DNA from: Okeania sp.
Lineage (GTDB): Bacteria > Cyanobacteriota > Cyanobacteriia > Cyanobacteriales > Microcoleaceae
NCBI RefSeq assembly: GCF_035285525.1
Contig: NZ_JAYKGW010000138.1
Span: forward strand, 13,894 to 45,893
Reading direction: 5' to 3'
Length of the DNA: 32,000 nt
Part shown: piece by piece, positions 28,918 to 32,000 of the stretch
How the letters are laid out: every line of letters starts with the position of its first letter
How positions within the stretch are numbered: position 1 is the first letter of the stretch
Notes under the pieces: generated by a model
What the model saw: only the letters and a program-made list of their open reading frames with translations
Database searches by the model: none
Told to the model about the DNA's origin: nothing
Position numbers and translations under genes: made by a program

Positions 28918-29578
28918 TTTTAATACTCCGGGAAATAATTTAGTTATGTAGGTTATATAGTTTTTTACAAGTGATGCTTATGTAAGCTTTGACCCTTGAT
29001 CTTTTAAAAAATTAAATATTTACTCTTCCTACTTTCACTACTTTATCTAAATATTTGGTTAATAAAGCGGTTTAAGTTATCTGAGCCTTTTGTTTCCTTA
29101 CATTTATATAGTAACCAACCCTCTTATTCTTTGGCAACCCTTTCTGCTCTGATTTACTAAATCTTGATAAAACTTTCCCGGATTCTGAATTACTACTACC
29201 GTAGTTCACCTGATACTTACTCTAAAGCCATGTGCTTTTTATTACATACAATTAATTATTAGGCATTATGCCCATTACTATCTAATAACTGATTAATTTG
29301 AATTAACTATATATGTTTATTAAAAAAGAGGAAAAAACTATTTATATAGATTTAGACTTATGAATTAATCTGTGGCCAAAAAAACAAGTGATGTTAAAAA
29401 AAATACTTTAAGCGGATTTATACAGATTTAGACAGATCGAGTCGTAACTAAAACAAATTTTTAGAGGTATCTACTAAGTCATTTACAAATGGTCGGTAAT
29501 CTGGTATTTCCCACAAAATCCATTCAGATGTCAAAATGGATATAGAAATAAATATTGTTATTAAAGAAACAAAAAATC

Positions 29579-30313
29579 ATGGCAAATACGAGTAATTTTC
29601 GCAAAGCTATTAGTCAAGCCCAAGGTCAAAATTTAGTAGGCCCTAATGTTATTGCCAATGCTTTACCATTTGTTGGGGGTGGTCTAGTCCTCACCGCAGT
29701 GGGTACATTTGGTGGCCTAGGAGTATTGAGTTCCAATCCTGGGATATTTATGACTACCTTCTGGATAGCCGTCATTGTAGAGTTAGTCCTATTTTTTGTG
29801 GCTCGTGGAGTTGCAGAACAAGGTAATAATAATGTAGCTCTACCTTTGTTGGCTACTTATAGTTTGCTATCTGGATATACCCTAAGTGGTTTAGTATTCG
29901 TGGCTTTAAGTACCCAGGGTGTAGGTATTGGAGGAGTAGGTTTTGCAGCTCTCGGTTGTGGTATCACATTTATTGCAGCTCGTCAAATCGGCTCAAATTT
30001 GTCTGAAGAAGATGGCATGGCTTTAACAAAAACCGTTAGCTTAGGAATTATCGCTTTATTAGTGGCGGTTGTTGGTCAAGTTATTTTTAGCTTTTTCGGC
30101 ATTTATACAGCAGGTTGGTTAGAAATAGGTATTTCTGGCATTGGTGTATTCTTGTTTGCTGGCGCTGCAGTGGTGGATTTCTATATTTTGCCCCGTACAT
30201 ATCGGGACGATCAATATATTCCAGCAGCTCTCTCAATGTATTTGACTTATATCAATCTATTTGTATTTATTCTCCGACTCATTATTGCTATTACTGGTGG
30301 TAGTCGCGACTAG
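29579..30313 (+). CDS. Bax inhibitor-1/YccA family integral membrane protein
   Basis: ~244 aa with about seven hydrophobic helices and a charged C-terminal segment (PRTYRDDQY). This is typical BI-1/YccA topology. The ORF-track start at 29555 is a TTG, so the ATG at 29579 (MANTSNF) is preferred. Confidence 0.75.
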   Translation: MANTSNFRKAISQAQGQNLVGPNVIANALPFVGGGLVLTAVGTFGGLGVLSSNPGIFMTTFWIAVIVELVLFFVARGVAEQGNNNVALPLLATYSLLSGYTLSGLVFVALSTQGVGIGGVGFAALGCGITFIAARQIGSNLSEEDGMALTKTVSLGIIALLVAVVGQVIFSFFGIYTAGWLEIGISGIGVFLFAGAAVVDFYILPRTYRDDQYIPAALSMYLTYINLFVFILRLIIAITGGSRD

Positions 30314-30350
30314 GTTATTGATATAGTAATATAGAATCTGGTTATATACA

Positions 30351-30606
30351 GGAATTACGCAAAGGCACTATATATAGATAGAGTCTTGGTGCGTTACTAT
30401 CGCTAACACACGCTACTGGACTGTTTCATCTAAAAATGTAGGTTGGGTTGTAGCAAGCCTGGTGCGTAGCAGTACGATAGTGAAATCCAACAAAGCTTTA
30501 TTACTGTTCGGTTTCGTGCCTTAACCCAACCTACGCCTTCCTAGGTTATATAAGAGAGTAATATAGTAGGTAGGGGCGGGTTTTACGCAAAGAAACCCGG
30601 TTTCTG
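30351..30606. mobile_element. Composite MITE-like element: a family B-related copy (AGGAATTACGCAAAGGCACTAT...) carrying a nested 97-bp GTAGGTTGGGTT...AACCCAACCTAC element
   Basis: 30351-30438 aligns with 31797-31881. The nested element at 30439-30535 has a perfect 12-bp terminal inverted repeat. The right part contains TAGGGGCGGGTTTT and AGAAACCCGGTTTCT (30592-30606). Confidence 0.6.
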
Positions 30607-30665
30607 GAGGGGTTTTTTACCTCTTTGCTGATAACTGATAACTGAAAAGGGGAAGCGATCGCTAT

Positions 30666-31776
30666 ATGGAAGTATTAGAAATTAAACGAGAAATAGAAAA
30701 TTTGTCCTCTCGCCTGGGTACAACCCAGGACTATCTTTGACATTCCAGCACTGAAAGCCAAAATTTTAGATTTGGAGCAAGTTGCAGCTCAACCAGAATT
30801 TTGGGAAGACCAAACGACGGCACAAAATACTCTGCAAGAGCTTAATGATTTGAAATCCCATCTCGAGCAATATCAAGAATGGGAAAATAATCTGGAGGAT
30901 ACTAAGGCGATCATTGAGTTATTGGAGTTAGAAACTGATGAGTCTTTACTAGAAGAAGCAGATGTAACTATTTCTCGTCTCAACCGAGAGTTAGATCAAT
31001 GGGAGTTACAGCAGTTATTATCTGGTGTTTATGATCAAAATGGGGCAGTTCTGACTATTAATGCTGGCGCAGGAGGCACAGATGCTCAAGATTGGGCAGA
31101 AATGTTGCTGCGGATGTACACTCGTTGGGGAGAGGATCATAAATATAAGGTACAGTTGGCAGAAATTTCTGACGGAGACGAAGCAGGTATTAAGTCTGCA
31201 ACTTTAGAAATTATTGGGCGTTATGCTTATGGTTATTTGAAAGCGGAAAAAGGTACTCATCGCTTAGTCAGAATTTCACCTTTTAATGCTAATGGGAAAA
31301 GACAAACCAGTTTTGCTGGTGTGGAAGTGATGCCGATATTAGATAAGTCTGTAGAGTTGGATATTCCAGAGAAGGATTTGGAAATTACTACTTCTCGTGC
31401 TGGCGGTAAGGGCGGTCAAAATGTGAACAAAGTGGAAACAGCAGTGCGAGTGGTTCATATTCCTACTGGTCTTGCTGTGCGTTGCACCCAAGAGCGGAGT
31501 CAGTTACAGAATAAGGAGAAAGCTTTGGCATTATTGAAAGCTAGGTTATTGGTAATAGCTCAAGAGCAACGTGCCCAGGAAATTGGTGAAATCCGGGGTG
31601 ATATGGTAGAAGCAGCTTGGGGAAATCAGATTCGTAACTATGTTTTTCATCCATATCAGATGGTAAAAGATTTACGGACTCAGCAGGAAACTACTGCGAT
31701 TACGGATGTGATGAATGGTGAGTTAGATACATTTATTGAAGCTTATCTACGTCAGGAAAATCAAATGGTGGAATAA
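30666..31776 (+). CDS. prfB: Peptide chain release factor 2, requiring a programmed +1 ribosomal frameshift (30666..30737 joined to 30739..31776)
   Basis: The short frame-0 [27 protein letters not shown] ends at the in-frame TGA at 30738-30740, within the canonical shift site CTT TGA C. The +1 frame continues into the 334-aa ORF carrying the RF2 SPF motif ([10 protein letters not shown]) and GGQ motif ([15 protein letters not shown]). Confidence 0.93.
30727..30741 (+). promoter_or_regulatory. prfB autoregulatory +1 frameshift site (SD-like AGGA, 4-nt spacer CTAT, then CTT TGA C)
   Basis: The sequence is AGGACTATCTTTGAC. The well-known E. coli site is AGGGGGTATCTTTGAC. The spacing between the SD-like element and the CTT codon is the same. 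Confidence 0.85.
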
Positions 31777-31796
31777 TAATTAATAATTAATAATTT

Positions 31797-31990
31797 AGGA
31801 CTTACGCAAAGGCACTATCTATAGCGTATCGGTGCGTTACGAGATACGCTAACGCACCCTACTGCATTGTTTCATCTAAAATGGTGCAATAGGTAGGGGC
31901 GGGTTTGATCGGAAATTTTCATAGATTTCTAGGATTTATATAAACCCGCCCCGGAAACGTTGGCTTATATCACTGGGGGCGGGTTTATCT
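31797..31990. mobile_element. MITE-like element, family B-related copy followed by three GGGGCGGGTTT/AAACCCGCCCC modules; runs to the window edge
   Basis: AGGACTTACGCAAAGGCACTATCTATAG... aligns with 30351-30438. GGGGCGGGTTT at 31896-31906 and its complement at 31941-31951 form a long hairpin. A third copy lies at 31975-31985. Confidence 0.55.
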
Positions 31991-32000
31991 AGTTGACTTG

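Overview
AT-rich chromosomal segment that looks cyanobacterial and probably comes from a heterocystous Nostocales-type genome. This is an inference from 10 copies of the HIP1 octamer GCGATCGC, heptamer/octamer short tandem repeats, dense small hairpin/MITE-like repeats, and the gene content. I support 14 protein-coding genes, mostly monocistronic housekeeping or envelope genes. In order they are: GlcF-like Fe-S oxidoreductase (+), PEP-CTERM protein (-), PEP carboxylase ppc (-), and an 82-aa hypothetical (-). Next come a 1048-aa membrane protein with four internal N-terminal repeats and a C-terminal SGNH/DltD/AlgJ-like domain (+), an exported metzincin-type Zn protease (+), and msrA (-). Then follow a collagen-like (114 G-X-Y triplets) protein fused to a phage tail-collar domain (-), sqdB (+), sqdX (+), and a GAF-GAF-PAS class III adenylate cyclase of CyaB1/CyaB2 type (+). 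The last four are a secreted pentapeptide-repeat protein (+), a second PEP-CTERM protein (-), a Bax-inhibitor-1/YccA membrane protein (+), and prfB with its programmed +1 frameshift (+). I saw no rRNA, tRNA, CRISPR array, transposase, integrase or recognisable defence genes. About a third of the window is non-coding and is packed with at least six small repeat families, several of them nested, tandemly amplified or inverted. The most unusual items are listed here. (1) An orphan collagen-like/tail-collar gene sits between housekeeping genes. (2) The 1048-aa protein has a four-fold repeat, one TM helix and an SGNH-like domain, and lies next to a large exported metalloprotease. (3) An array of eight palindromic AGAAACCNGGTTTCT cores lies upstream of ppc. 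(4) A 100-106 bp tandem array has one hairpin present as its exact reverse complement. (5) A ~54-bp copy of the cyclase gene 3' end lies 394 bp downstream. (6) Two copies of one MITE family end exactly 34 nt upstream of the glcF and sqdX start codons. All homology statements come from motif recognition by eye; no database search was possible.
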